64,000 nt of DNA, taken from the NCBI GenBank assembly GCA_010405405.1, contig MU004231.1, forward strand, positions 2,309,860 through 2,373,859, written 5' to 3'. The position numbers were made by a program, and so were the translations under genes. A model generated the notes under the pieces. The model did not search any database. It was not told the DNA's origin and saw nothing but the letters and a program-made list of their open reading frames with translations. Below, piece by piece: positions 11,517 through 22,493 of the stretch. Within the stretch, counting starts at the first letter, position 1. Every line of letters starts with the position of its first letter. This DNA comes from Microthyrium microscopicum. Lineage: Eukaryota.

Positions 11517-14450
11517 CCCTTCGTATCTGATTTTCTAAGTAGATAGTGTATTAGCATGCGGAACCCTTACCCCTTTAGGCCTAATACTATGGGTTGTAAG
11601 AAAATTATAAACCTTAATATTTTGCTAATTAACTAAGCGTTCTTAATCCCTAAGGCGTTTCCTTTACTAAAAATAGAATTATTAGACGCGCGACTTTTAG
11701 TTTAGTTAGTATATAAATTATCTTAAGTTTTAGTATTAAATTAGCTATTTAGTACTTTAGTAACGAAACTTTAAGATTTTTTAGAGTCTACTACCTATTT
11801 ATAGCCCTCTCTTGTTCTATAATTAATTATTTTTTACCCTACTACTTCCTTACTACTATAAATAACCTATAATAAGATCTTAAGCTAGATTTGCCTCTAG
11901 ACCCTAAGGATAAGATTTAGAGAGTAGAATTAAATAGTCTTAATAAGTTAAATATAGAAAATATAGTTTTAGATAGTAAAGAAGAAGATTTAGATATAGA
12001 TACTAAGGAAGAAGATTTCTATATCTTGCTACTACTAGATAGTAGGTAAATACTTCTTAGAGGTAGAGAAGTAATTAACGTATAACTTAAAGGAACTAAA
12101 ACAACTATCTAGGAATATAATAGATTTAAATTTAAGCTAATACTACTACTAGATTATACTTAATTAACTATTTAACTTCCTATTAACTTCTATGACCCTA
12201 CTACCTCTTAATCTAAAGAACTTTGCGTTAAGATAGGTTCTAAAACTATTAATATTACGCTCTTAATTAAATATACTTCTCTTCTTAACGTTAATAATTT
12301 AATAACGCGCTTTAATATACCTTTATAATTCTTTAGCCTATTTATTTAGTAAGAAGACTATAAAGAGATTATTTTTAATACTATAGAATATATGCGTTAT
12401 TAGCTTAGTCTTTAGCTTAATAAAGCTATTCCTATACTAATTATATTAGGCAATATTAAGATATTCTTTAGAATCTATATTTATATAGGTGCCTACTTAA
12501 TTGCTAGAGCTTTAGATTTATAGAACTCTAATAGCGTAAATCTATATTATACTATATAGTATTTTATGCTATAATATAAGTTCTAATACGTTAAGAGGTA
12601 TCTCTACCTAAGCTATATTTAAATATAAGATACTAGAAAACTAGGAGAATTAGATCTTACTACTACTACTAGAAATCTATAGCGTAAATAGAAGTTAGTT
12701 TTTAATAAACTAGAACTACTAGCGTTGAATATCTCTTAGCGCTTTAAATTATATATTATCTCTTTAAGCTACCTTATAGTTAATAAGATAATAGTAAAAT
12801 TTATAGGTAGATTAGCTAATATACTCTACATTAAGGGTAAACTAATCCTAAAAGGGTATAAAATACTCGTATTATATAATTATAGGTATATTTATAACCT
12901 ATTATATACTACGTATATAGGAAGGCCTTAATTAATAAGTAAAAATATTAATATTCCTACCTATAGGCTATAATAGACTCTACCTATTAAAGGACCTAGT
13001 TTCTTTACTAAATTAACTACTATAGCGTGGGCTATAATTTAAATATATCTAACGCTATTTAATAATAAGAAATTTATTATTTATTATAATAACTTCTTTA
13101 GTTCTATATGCCTATTTAGCGCGCTTTATTTTTATAGAATTACTATAGTAGGTATAGCTTATTTAATATAATCTAAGTACCCTTAATAGTATAGATTACT
13201 TAATAAGAAGAAGAATTATTAGGAATAGGGTTATTAAGATAATTTAACTATTTAAGATATAGTTTCTACGGTATAGAGAAATTATATTCTTATAAGATTC
13301 CTAAGTACGTATTATAATATTTATAGTACTAAAACTGCTTAAAGAACTTGCCTTATTATTATAAAGAGTAGTATACGTTATAAGAGAGGTAAGATAGAAA
13401 GAATCTAGGGTAATGATCCTTAAAAAGAGCTTAAATAGCTTACTATTACTATAGATTATAACTCTTACATAAATAGTATTAATTTAGCTAACTAATAACG
13501 TTTTTATGTTATAGTATATTAAATAAGTAAGTTTTTATCTTTCTTTACCTAACTTTCTTATCTTAAGTCTATTTGTCCTAAAACTATAATTATTAAAAAG
13601 CTCTTATTATTCTAAACTAATATATATTTATTAAGCTATAAGAAATTAGTTTTTACTACTTTATTTTAATATTAATAGAGTTAGTATAAATACGTATACC
13701 TTAGCTCTAAAGATTAAGCTAATAATATAACCTAATTAGGTTATAAGATCTAGCTTCTACCTACTATAATATTTATTAAATTTAAGGTAATTTTAAACTA
13801 CTTTAGCTTAGAATTTAGTTATCTAAGGGTATTCTAATAATAATAGACCTCTACTAATAGCTAAATTTATTAATAATTATACCTAAAGTAAGGTAGATTA
13901 GATCTATAGTAATAAGATATATAAAAAGGTTACTATTTATACTCTGCTACCTATATCTTAACTCTTTATAAGTAAGCATAATTATATAAAGCTTCTTTAT
14001 AACGATAGAGGAATATGCTTCTACTATTAATAGTAAAAGGTATAGGATTAGCCTAATAAGCACGTTACTAAAACTAGTTTCTACTATTTAAAATATCTTA
14101 ACATTTATCCTCTTTATTTACTATATTAGAATATATTTCATAACTATAGTAAACATATATTTTATATATATTTTGAATAAGAACTAATAAAGATATCTTA
14201 TAGTATTTAAAGGGGATTATATAGATATTAGTAGAGAGGTTAAATAAGACTATAATAATACTAAAATTCTTATTCTAAAAGCTCTTTAGATGCTATAGTT
14301 AGCATAATTTGAGATAATTCCTAAGCCCCTATAGTAAATAGCCTCTTAGATATTCTCTACAAATATTATATACAAAGTAACCGCTTTAGTATTAGTCGCG
14401 CGGAATCCGTACGGTGGCGGCAAGCCCAAATGTCCATCAGATACGAAGGG
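11517..14450 (+). mobile_element. RIP-inactivated piggyBac-family DNA transposon (2934 bp)
   Basis: Perfect 15-bp TIRs CCCTTCGTATCTGAT (11517-11531 and 14436-14450). Extremely AT-rich, TpA-rich and CpA/TpG-poor. Plus-strand remnants VNKIIVKFIGR...KGKLILKGYK (~12780), YYNNFFSS (~13080) and DYNSYINSINLAN**R (~13455) revert by RIP transitions to the piggyBac motifs VDEMMVKF.GR...KPIPEGYK, Y.DNFFSS and DYN.HM.GVDLADQ.R. Confidence 0.92.
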
Positions 14451-15024
14451 ATTTTCCATCTCATCTCAACTTCATCTCCTCCATCTTTCTTGTTTGTTGC
14501 CATATTACATCGCACCCTTCAAGAGCTGGATCGCTTTGCGATATAAGCATCTCTTTGACGAGTCTCCTGAAATCAAATACTTGCTGCCAAACTCATCAAT
14601 GGACAGGATTCATCATCACGAGTTGTGATCACAAGAGACAGTCACTGAGAGCAATCAATGCAGGTTTGCCTGGTTCAAACCTGATCGATAACTCAACATG
14701 AGCTTCCAGCTAGTCCCTCTGCAATCCACTCCGCTCAAAAGTGATCCTATAACAAGTTGACAAAGCGATTCAATTGCTTTTCAGTAGTCACGTTTGGTTG
14801 ATTTGGACTAAGGTCAGACAAACAGTATCGCCATGATCCAAGCCAAAACTGCTGGTAATTGTGTTTCATTGTCATAGCGTGTTAGCTTGGAAGTATAATA
14901 ATCGGCTTCTTCTACTCCGCAGTTGGTTCTGCGGAGGCTTTGAACTTTTACATTTACATACAGCAGCGAAATCGTGAGGTAATACCAAGCTATAGAGCCC
15001 GCAATTCTCAGCAGACAGAGAAAA

Positions 15025-15579
15025 ATGTCGAAAACGACGCTTCCTCCATCAACTGAAGAGCATGTTGAGCCGGAAATCACCACCGCAATGCGAGAACATC
15101 AAGCTGCCTGGGCCAAATCACAAGGAGATGACCATCTTGCCGTGGCTCTCTACGCCAATGTCATAAGAGAGTACGAAGCCAACGGCAACACTGAAGCCGT
15201 CCTCGAAAACTCACATCATCTGTGCCTCCTGCTTGCAAAGCTCAAGAAATGGGAAGATTTGCAACCGCATTTGGAGCGTCTTTCCGAGCTTCAAGCTGAT
15301 CGCGCTCGCCCATTTGCAATGGCTGAAGATGAAAGATGGATCCGCCAGGAGATCAAAACGATGGTGGATTTGTTCTTTTGCTACAGGGAACTGGGCAGGG
15401 TTCTTGAGTCTAATGTTTGGGCATCGAGAGCTGTCAGGCACGCAGATGGATTGCATGATTCGGCTCGGGAACATGTGCGAGATGGTCTAAAGACTTTCTC
15501 GTCTGTGTTTGTCAATCTTATCAAAAGGCACGAAGCCGAACTTGCAAAGGATCAAGATTCGTCGCCAAAGAAAGACTAA
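15025..15579 (+). CDS. Hypothetical alpha-helical (TPR-like) protein
   Basis: Intact 184-aa ORF with a helical-repeat pattern (AVALYANVIREY; LCLLLAKLKKWED; LFFCYRELGR). Confidence 0.6.
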   Translation: MSKTTLPPSTEEHVEPEITTAMREHQAAWAKSQGDDHLAVALYANVIREYEANGNTEAVLENSHHLCLLLAKLKKWEDLQPHLERLSELQADRARPFAMAEDERWIRQEIKTMVDLFFCYRELGRVLESNVWASRAVRHADGLHDSAREHVRDGLKTFSSVFVNLIKRHEAELAKDQDSSPKKD

Positions 15580-16293
15580 ACTGTTGATCTGGGCATGAAA
15601 TAGCGGATTGCTTGCTCAAACTTCGGACACCGCTTGACATGGGACAGCAGGTTAGGGAGCAGATGAGCTGGTGCGCTTTCTATGGACGCAACATCCAGGA
15701 TGATCGTGAGTTGACTCCTTACGCATTTAAGTCCAGTTTCAGAGGACTACTCGAAATTTGCAGCACTCTTAAATCGGAAGTTTCGAGCATAAAACCCAAA
15801 TAGTGTCATAGTATGTCACGTCTTGACTTTCTCATCGTGTAGTAGTATTGGATTTCATTGCACAGAAGGTAGATCTTCCTTGCATCCGCGCACTATCACT
15901 TCTTGTGGAACTGTACCAAATGAGACTTTCCCATTATATGTACTTTCCAGGCTCGCACGTTCCAAGATATAACTGATCAGTGGACGCTCTTCGAAAGCTT
16001 CTATACACGACTTTCGCTGTCTGCAAAACACAATGATTCTTCATAACGACCGTGACAGAAAGGGAGTTACTCAAATAATTCAGTTGACCAAGCTGGGTCG
16101 ACCCATGCATCTTGCCGATATTACCCTTGCATACATAGGATTTAGTGCTACCTTGCCGACTCCATGTCTTCTTTATACTAGCGTGCGGGTTAGTCCCTGA
16201 ACATAGATAAAGTGCGTGTCATATTCCGAAAGCTCTACATCATGATCTTACAGTTCATACTTCCTTAAGTTCAATACACGGACAATCTTAATC

Positions 16294-16901
16294 ATGCTCA
16301 GCCCTTTTGCACTCCTGTTAGCTATTATCTCAATAATTAATGTTGCTGCTCTTCCGTCCGAGCATTGTCCACCAGGCATCGAATTAGCAACTGTCACTCT
16401 TAGCAATCTGACGTACAACTCCGAAGTCAACTACTCTACCCCAGCCCACTTGGCAGTCAAGGATGGAAACATTGTCTTCAACTTGTCAAATAATGATGCG
16501 AACACCGCTTTTCAGTGCATGGGAACCAGTATGGACTATCCAGTGTTCTTTTCCTCGGATCAGATCTTCAATTGCACTGCTGTCACGCCAACACAACCTG
16601 GCTGGCTGAGTGATTTCGCATCGTTCGCCTTTTCCCTGGCGGACACAGCCATTGCAGTCAACATGACTTGGTGGAAAGACAAACAAGTAGAGTATGAGTA
16701 TACATTTCACCTATAGGATATGGTAGCCTAACTCCAAATAGCTGCTATAAGACTTCTTTTGATATGGAAGATCAGCTGAAACTAGATTGCGTTACGGAAA
16801 ACTATCAGAACGCGAACTGGACTATAGGCCAAACATGGAGTAGCACCACTGTAAAATGCAAGCCTACGACAGTTGTCTTCGGTTGGCCGCCTGGAGCATA
16901 G
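16294..16901 (+). CDS. Secreted Alt a 1-like (AA1-like) protein
   Basis: Signal peptide and YSTPAHLAV..G.I.FNLSN. Intron 16692-16741 (GTATGA...CTAAC...TAG) joins to exon 2 ...LDCVTENYQNANWTIGQTWSSTTVKCKP...*. Confidence 0.75.
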
Positions 16902-17169
16902 GTTAATGAGATCATTGCGACCGCTCGGCTGGGTCAATGGAAGCCATCTCATGCTCGCGCGATTACACGGTCATATCATCTAGGTAATCTTTAATTGAAA
17001 TCATTGACATCCTATTGATGACATCCTAAATGCTGACATGAACATTTGGCGTTATCCAATAGCCGAAAACCCTTATTCCCGGAATGGTATATATGAAAGT
17101 TAGTGGCTAGATAGCCCGCTGATTGGCACTGCCTGATACTGCTTGACACTGCGGCTTAGCGCCATAGAT

Positions 17170-17598
17170 CTATATCAAAACCCATTCATCCTCGTCCATG
17201 TTCTTGACCATGTCTTGTTCGCTATCATCGACGTCCATGTTTGCTTCGTCGGCAGAAACCTCGGTCCAAGAATTGTGCAATTCAATTTCATGCACCAAAT
17301 TTTGCTTCTGGGCTGCACTAGTGGAGCTTTTGCATCCAGCTAGAGGTGAGGCTGTTGGCGTAGGTGCCCATAGCTGAGCTGCCAGTATGACTTTTCCTCC
17401 GTACAAACGCGCATCGGGACATTGCTTCGCATGTTGCATGCAAGCTTGACCCATCGGCTCGTAGGTTATTTTGGTTCGCCGGGAGGAACATCCGACTGAT
17501 TGTTTGACGCCCACTGGTCTAACCTCTAGGCAATGTACAGTCGTGACTTCGCTAGTGCAACCGCAAGCCGTTAAGACCCGAATTGTGGTCAAACACAT
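17170..17598 (-). CDS. Small Cys-rich 'MC' family protein A
   Basis: MCLTTIRVLTACGCTSEVTTVHC...GC...AC...CP with an acidic tail; ATG at 17598. Confidence 0.7.
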   Translation of the reverse strand: MCLTTIRVLTACGCTSEVTTVHCLEVRPVGVKQSVGCSSRRTKITYEPMGQACMQHAKQCPDARLYGGKVILAAQLWAPTPTASPLAGCKSSTSAAQKQNLVHEIELHNSWTEVSADEANMDVDDSEQDMVKNMDEDEWVLI

Positions 17599-18686
17599 AG
17601 TGGGCTTTCGTGTGTGGAGTTTAGAGCAGCAGTTGAGCTCAGATGTTTTGGAGGTCTGGAAGATGAGGGTTTGGGCGTTTGGAAAAAGGTTGACTGAACG
17701 AGCTGGGAGTGCCAAAGACATAGAAGCTTGAGAGATCCATATCGCGCCTAAGTGACTGTAGCAGAGTGAAAGCATAAGTATTGAAGCAGAAAAGGTCGAC
17801 CTCCGCTTTTCAGGTGAAGTTTGAGCATTTGAGGTGAGCAGATGTTACTTGTTAGATGGACGCCTTACTATTCAATTTTTTGAACAGACCGAATGATATG
17901 TGGAATTCATGACTGGCCATTTTATCCAGAACTGATATTGCGCTGCATAGTTCATATCGAGGAAAAATATATACTTCATTCCCAAAGCGTCAGGTCAGAT
18001 AGGAATCTTGTGATGATAAGCACTCCCAAAGAAGGTTATTCGAATGTTATATATGTGAGCCTCTTATCGATGCGAAATGTCTAAGGATACCTACGTGAAA
18101 AATGTGCAATCTAGATGTTCCTGAATCTTGTGGAGCCAGGACGTCTGGATCTGACCAGTTCACTTCAAGCATGTTTTATATTGAGACCTTAGCTGCATCA
18201 TTGTCTTCGTAGATGTACCATATGCTTCTCATGACATCGGCAATTATCGCTTGATTGTTGCTAAGGTCTACTCTTGAAAGACATCGCGGCAAAGGGACGA
18301 GGAAATAACAATCATCGAGCAAAACCAATACGAGTGTTTCCGCTTTGTCTCTTTGTTCGTCACTTCGGAGCAAACTGATATGGCTGCAATCTGCCTCATG
18401 GCTGGATACTCGACTAGGATTGAAATATGTTCGCCCAAGCCGATGACAGGACGTCTGATGAGCAATTAAATACAGATTATGAAAAAAGGTTGGGGTTTGA
18501 AATGTAATATTCAAACCAAGAAGGTGATTGAACATCTCCCTAAGTGCTGGTGCTAAGTGGATTCACTTTTAACAACAAGATATTCAAATGAAGAGTGTGA
18601 AAAATTGATTGGAACTCTCGGGCAAGTCAGGAAGTTTGTATACGTCTACGTGTAATGAAGGCTCGAAAGACTTATTTCTTTGGGTG

Positions 18687-19103
18687 CTAAAGCTCCAGCT
18701 GTTGGATCTGATCGACCAGGTCTACTTCTTGGATGATTCCTTCGATACTGAAATGTTTTTCAGGTACATAATTCTCATAGAATTCATCGACTTCCTTGTC
18801 TGTCAGACCTTGAATCCCTAAAGCACGCACCTGGTCAGCAAGTTCGGATCTGGGATCTTTTGCGAGGCCTGGATCTACCTTATCATTGAGACCAAGTCCA
18901 GACATCTGGTCGGCTAACTTGGAGCCAGACTCATGTTTCCAACAAATTGTACCATCTGGCTGCACTTGAGCATCAAATGCCTCATCAGGGCACTCTTCGC
19001 CCAATTCCAGTAGCATGGCTTTGCGGATATCGCTGCACCAAGTTATGTCTTGGAGAGTATAGCAGCCGCAAGTGTCGTTGTATGTGAACCACTTGAGACA
19101 CAT
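18687..19103 (-). CDS. Small Cys-rich 'MC' family protein B
   Basis: MCLKWFTYNDTCGCYTLQDITWC...EECP...IC; internal duplication SKLADQMSGLGL / SELADQVRALGI. Confidence 0.75.
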   Translation of the reverse strand: MCLKWFTYNDTCGCYTLQDITWCSDIRKAMLLELGEECPDEAFDAQVQPDGTICWKHESGSKLADQMSGLGLNDKVDPGLAKDPRSELADQVRALGIQGLTDKEVDEFYENYVPEKHFSIEGIIQEVDLVDQIQQLEL

Positions 19104-19639
19104 GGTTGATTTGGTGCGGTGTTGAGACTGTCGAAGCTACTGTAATATTCGAATGGAGATAGAGCCGGATCGTGCAGTAGCGAAGGGCCAGGAAAGGTAA
19201 AAAGAAAGATTTGAGTCTAATTTGCTTCTTAGCAGATGGGAAAACACCGTATAAATGATAGCCTGTTTTCGATGTAAGTTCTTGCTGTTGAAGCAACAAT
19301 GAGATTGTAGATTAGAATTCTTTGTGCATGGCTGATCTTGTTCCATTATCAATAAAATCTTAGATTCGCATTGTATTTCTTTCAATAGGACTGTGTCTAA
19401 TATCAAGAACGCAGGAAACAACAACATAGACCATTAATGTTACAAGGAAAAAACAAGAAACGGGTATCAATTGTCAAAAAAGGTTTACTGGGAACGATTT
19501 TCATTCACGCATAGAATTAAATACGTCGATCCCCTATGGGGATTTTGATTATCCTCGCTTCCTCCTCACCGCAAGCTCAGGTTCACCCGAAATCCTATCT
19601 GGTTCCGGCTATTCGCTATGAGTGCTGGCTGGCAGCTTT

Positions 19640-19954
19640 TTAGATCGCATTGATATCGTCCTTTGGCATAGGGACAAGCTTGTCTTGATCAACACCATCC
19701 AACCAACCCCAGACTCGAGCATTTCGATCATTCTTGGCCTCAGCTACCCGCAGTGTCTCCACGCGCTCTGCCTCCTTGAGGCACCCATCGCACAATTCGT
19801 CTGGGTCATCAGAGTAGTTGATCGGGACGTAGCGAAAGTGAGGACACTTGTTCGTCTGCTTGCGTTTGACGAATATGTCTGCGTAGCAAGGTGTCTTGCT
19901 TCGGCTGACCTCACATTCACATCCACCATACTGATAAATGTAGATGATGCACAT
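19640..19954 (-). CDS. Small Cys-rich 'MC' family protein C
   Basis: MCIIYIYQYGGCECEVSRSKTPC...KCP...LCDGC. Confidence 0.75.
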   Translation of the reverse strand: MCIIYIYQYGGCECEVSRSKTPCYADIFVKRKQTNKCPHFRYVPINYSDDPDELCDGCLKEAERVETLRVAEAKNDRNARVWGWLDGVDQDKLVPMPKDDINAI

Positions 19955-20519
19955 GATGGAGGTGCTTTTTGTGCGCGGTTGTTTTTGTTGACGTGTGGGG
20001 CTTTTTGTTTGCTTTTCGAGAGTGTGCCTCTGGTTTGGAAATTGAATGTACTGGGAACTGGGAGCTTATGTATAGTCGCTTCGGGTGGTGACATCGTTCG
20101 AAGACTTTGAGTTCGTAGTGAATAAAAACATTGTACAAGTATATCGCCGTTGATAATTGAACGTGTAGACCGGTCCCTACGCTGAGCACTTTGATGGCTT
20201 TGGAATTGGTGACATAGAAGGGAAACAAATGCTTTGTCCTGTATTTCTGGTGGAAGTCGACAAAGGCATTTTGTTGAGACCGCGCAACTTGATTGAGACC
20301 ACGAAACTTCATGTAACATGACAAGTGAATGGGCAATTAAATGTATTAGAATGGACTAAAAGGAGAAGCACTAGCCAAAGAGACAAAGAGAACGAATGAA
20401 CGAGAATTAAATTGATTATGTGTATAATGTCATTCGACATCTTCCAACAGAATATGATGTCTTTGTGGTTGGAATGGGACTTTGAATCAGATCCCAGATC
20501 AAGTGCTTGCGAGTCGGGC

Positions 20520-21062
20520 TCAAGCATCCCAAAACCCTTCATCTGAGTAAGGTTCGGCTGGATTTTCTTCGTCAGGACGCTCTCTCTGCCATGAGTATTC
20601 GCGACGTTCCAAGTCTCTTGTCGACGTGTCGATGTTTCTCCAGAAGTTTGGAAGCAGGGGTTCTGGATACGGAATACCTCCTGTGTCTTCGAAACTATAT
20701 GACCTCCACTCCCATGGCACGTATCCCGGGATGGTGAAATTCAACGGCGTGTAAATAACAAGTCCGTCCTCCTCTGTTTCGAGACTTTCGGGAACGGGAG
20801 GTAGAGATAGAATCGCCACTAGGGCGCTCCAAGTGTGCTGCGCGACGGAAGCAGCTCTTGAGGTCAATCGTGGGTAGTGGCGGATGAACTTTTTGCAGTC
20901 GTAGCACAGCTTGCTTTTGGGAAGTCTGACTCGTGAAGTGATTTCATTTGGACACTATTCCATGAAACCTCTCCTAATCAGAAGCATGAGAGGGCAGGAC
21001 TGCGTCCCACGACTCTCTTCCTCTCCGCAGCCTCGGCAAAAATATACAACAGTATAGCACAT
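20520..21062 (-). pseudogene. 'MC' family protein D with one in-frame TAG at codon 36
   Basis: MCYTVVYFCRGCGEEESRGTQSC...FME*CPNE...LCYDCKK... continues in frame into the 20520-20867 ORF; TAG at 20955-20957. Confidence 0.75.
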
Positions 21063-21170
21063 CTTGGCTGTTAATCCGAGAATGATTTGAAGCCTGGAGG
21101 GTTCTGAGATATGGTAGTTGTTGAAGTTGATTTGACTGGCTTGTGATTGCTAGTGAATTTTCGACTGGTT

Positions 21171-21266
21171 TGAAGCCTGGAGGCTGAAAGGCTGAAAGGC
21201 TGGAGGCTGAAAGGCTTGAAGTTTGAATGTTTGAAAGTTTGAAAAGTTGAAAGTTTGAAAAGTTGA
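21171..21266. repeat. Degenerate ~8-bp tandem repeats (TGAAAGGC grading to TGAAAGTT)
   Basis: Directly visible, upstream of the 21062 ATG. Confidence 0.75.
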
Positions 21267-21485
21267 TGGGATGATAGTATTCGACGGGTACTGGCTCACC
21301 TAAACCAGATCCCGTTGCTTTAGTATAAGACAGTTGGTCAAGCCGCCAACTGAATCTTGAGGTATTAAATCGGGGGTGAAGTAATACCTGTTGTCATCAT
21401 ACTGTGCCTTCCGGCTGGGAAGAAGAAGAAAGAGAAAGAGAAAAGTTGGGGGGAGGATTTGAACTTATACCCCAACGCCGATGTG

Positions 21486-21596
21486 CATCGTGAACCATGG
21501 TTGAGTCTCCCATTGTGAACCATGGTTGAGTCTGCCATTGTGAACCATGGTTGAGAACTTGAGTCTGTGCATGGATCGTGAACTACGGTTGAGTCT
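21486..21596. repeat. 25-bp tandem repeat containing the palindrome AACCATGGTT (3 good copies plus 1 degenerate)
   Basis: Repeated CAT(C/T)GTGAACCATGGTTGAGTCT. Confidence 0.9.
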
Positions 21597-22493
21597 TCTG
21601 CAGAATTGGCGTCCAAAGCTTCATCTTCCAAACATGAGATTGGACGAATCTATAGACTATTAGCTTGCTCTCGCCCGCCGTCTAGTTCACAGGCATCATC
21701 GTGATTTGATACTATATTTTAGAAAGTTTGGCGACCATGGTGCTCTTCTATAAAAATTGGCGCTTTATGGTGTCCAACATTCAATTTCAAAAACAACCAT
21801 TTAAAACAAAGAACAAAGAAAACCATTTGATCCACTTATCCAAAACGAAATAAATGGTTAATCGGTCCATGATTTAGTGAGGCCAAATGACAAAGAACTG
21901 TAGATGACTAGGCGATCAGCAGTTTTTCTGCTAGAGTAGCTTACCTGATCGACCACGAACTTGTAATTGCCGATGACTGACTTCAAAGATACCTTCGGCA
22001 GCGGTCCTGCCTCTAAGATCGTCGTCATGCCTGTTTTAGGCTCAAATCGTGAGTACCGTGGTTGTCTTACAATTACCCAATTCATTATCCAACATCCAGC
22101 ACTTCCTAGACCAAAGGAAGGTCTACGAAGAAAAAAAGCTCAGAAATCATCGTGTCAAAATTTGAAATGCCCAAAGACTTCCTGCTTCAACGCTCTTATC
22201 ACATTTCGAAATGGACCTTACCGAGGTGTCGTTGTATACAAACAATGCCCCTAGCCCCCTTTCAGAACACGAGGCACTAGACTCCAAAACCAGTAGATTC
22301 GCTAATCATTGTGTATGCCATCGAGCGGGTAACTACTGTTTTAATACCAATCAACTAATGACTCACCGAAAGATTCACCCTTGTTAGATCAACATATCAA
22401 TCAAAGTGGAACACTTAGTCTCCTATAAAATAGAGGTTTCTTGGTTTCAAGGGACAGTTTTCAACTTACTACAGCTCGTTCGCCTCTCCTACC

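Noticed and set aside
11517..14450. Centromere, NUMT or foreign AT-rich DNA
   Set aside because: TIRs and recoverable piggyBac DDD motifs with RIP-type changes explain it.
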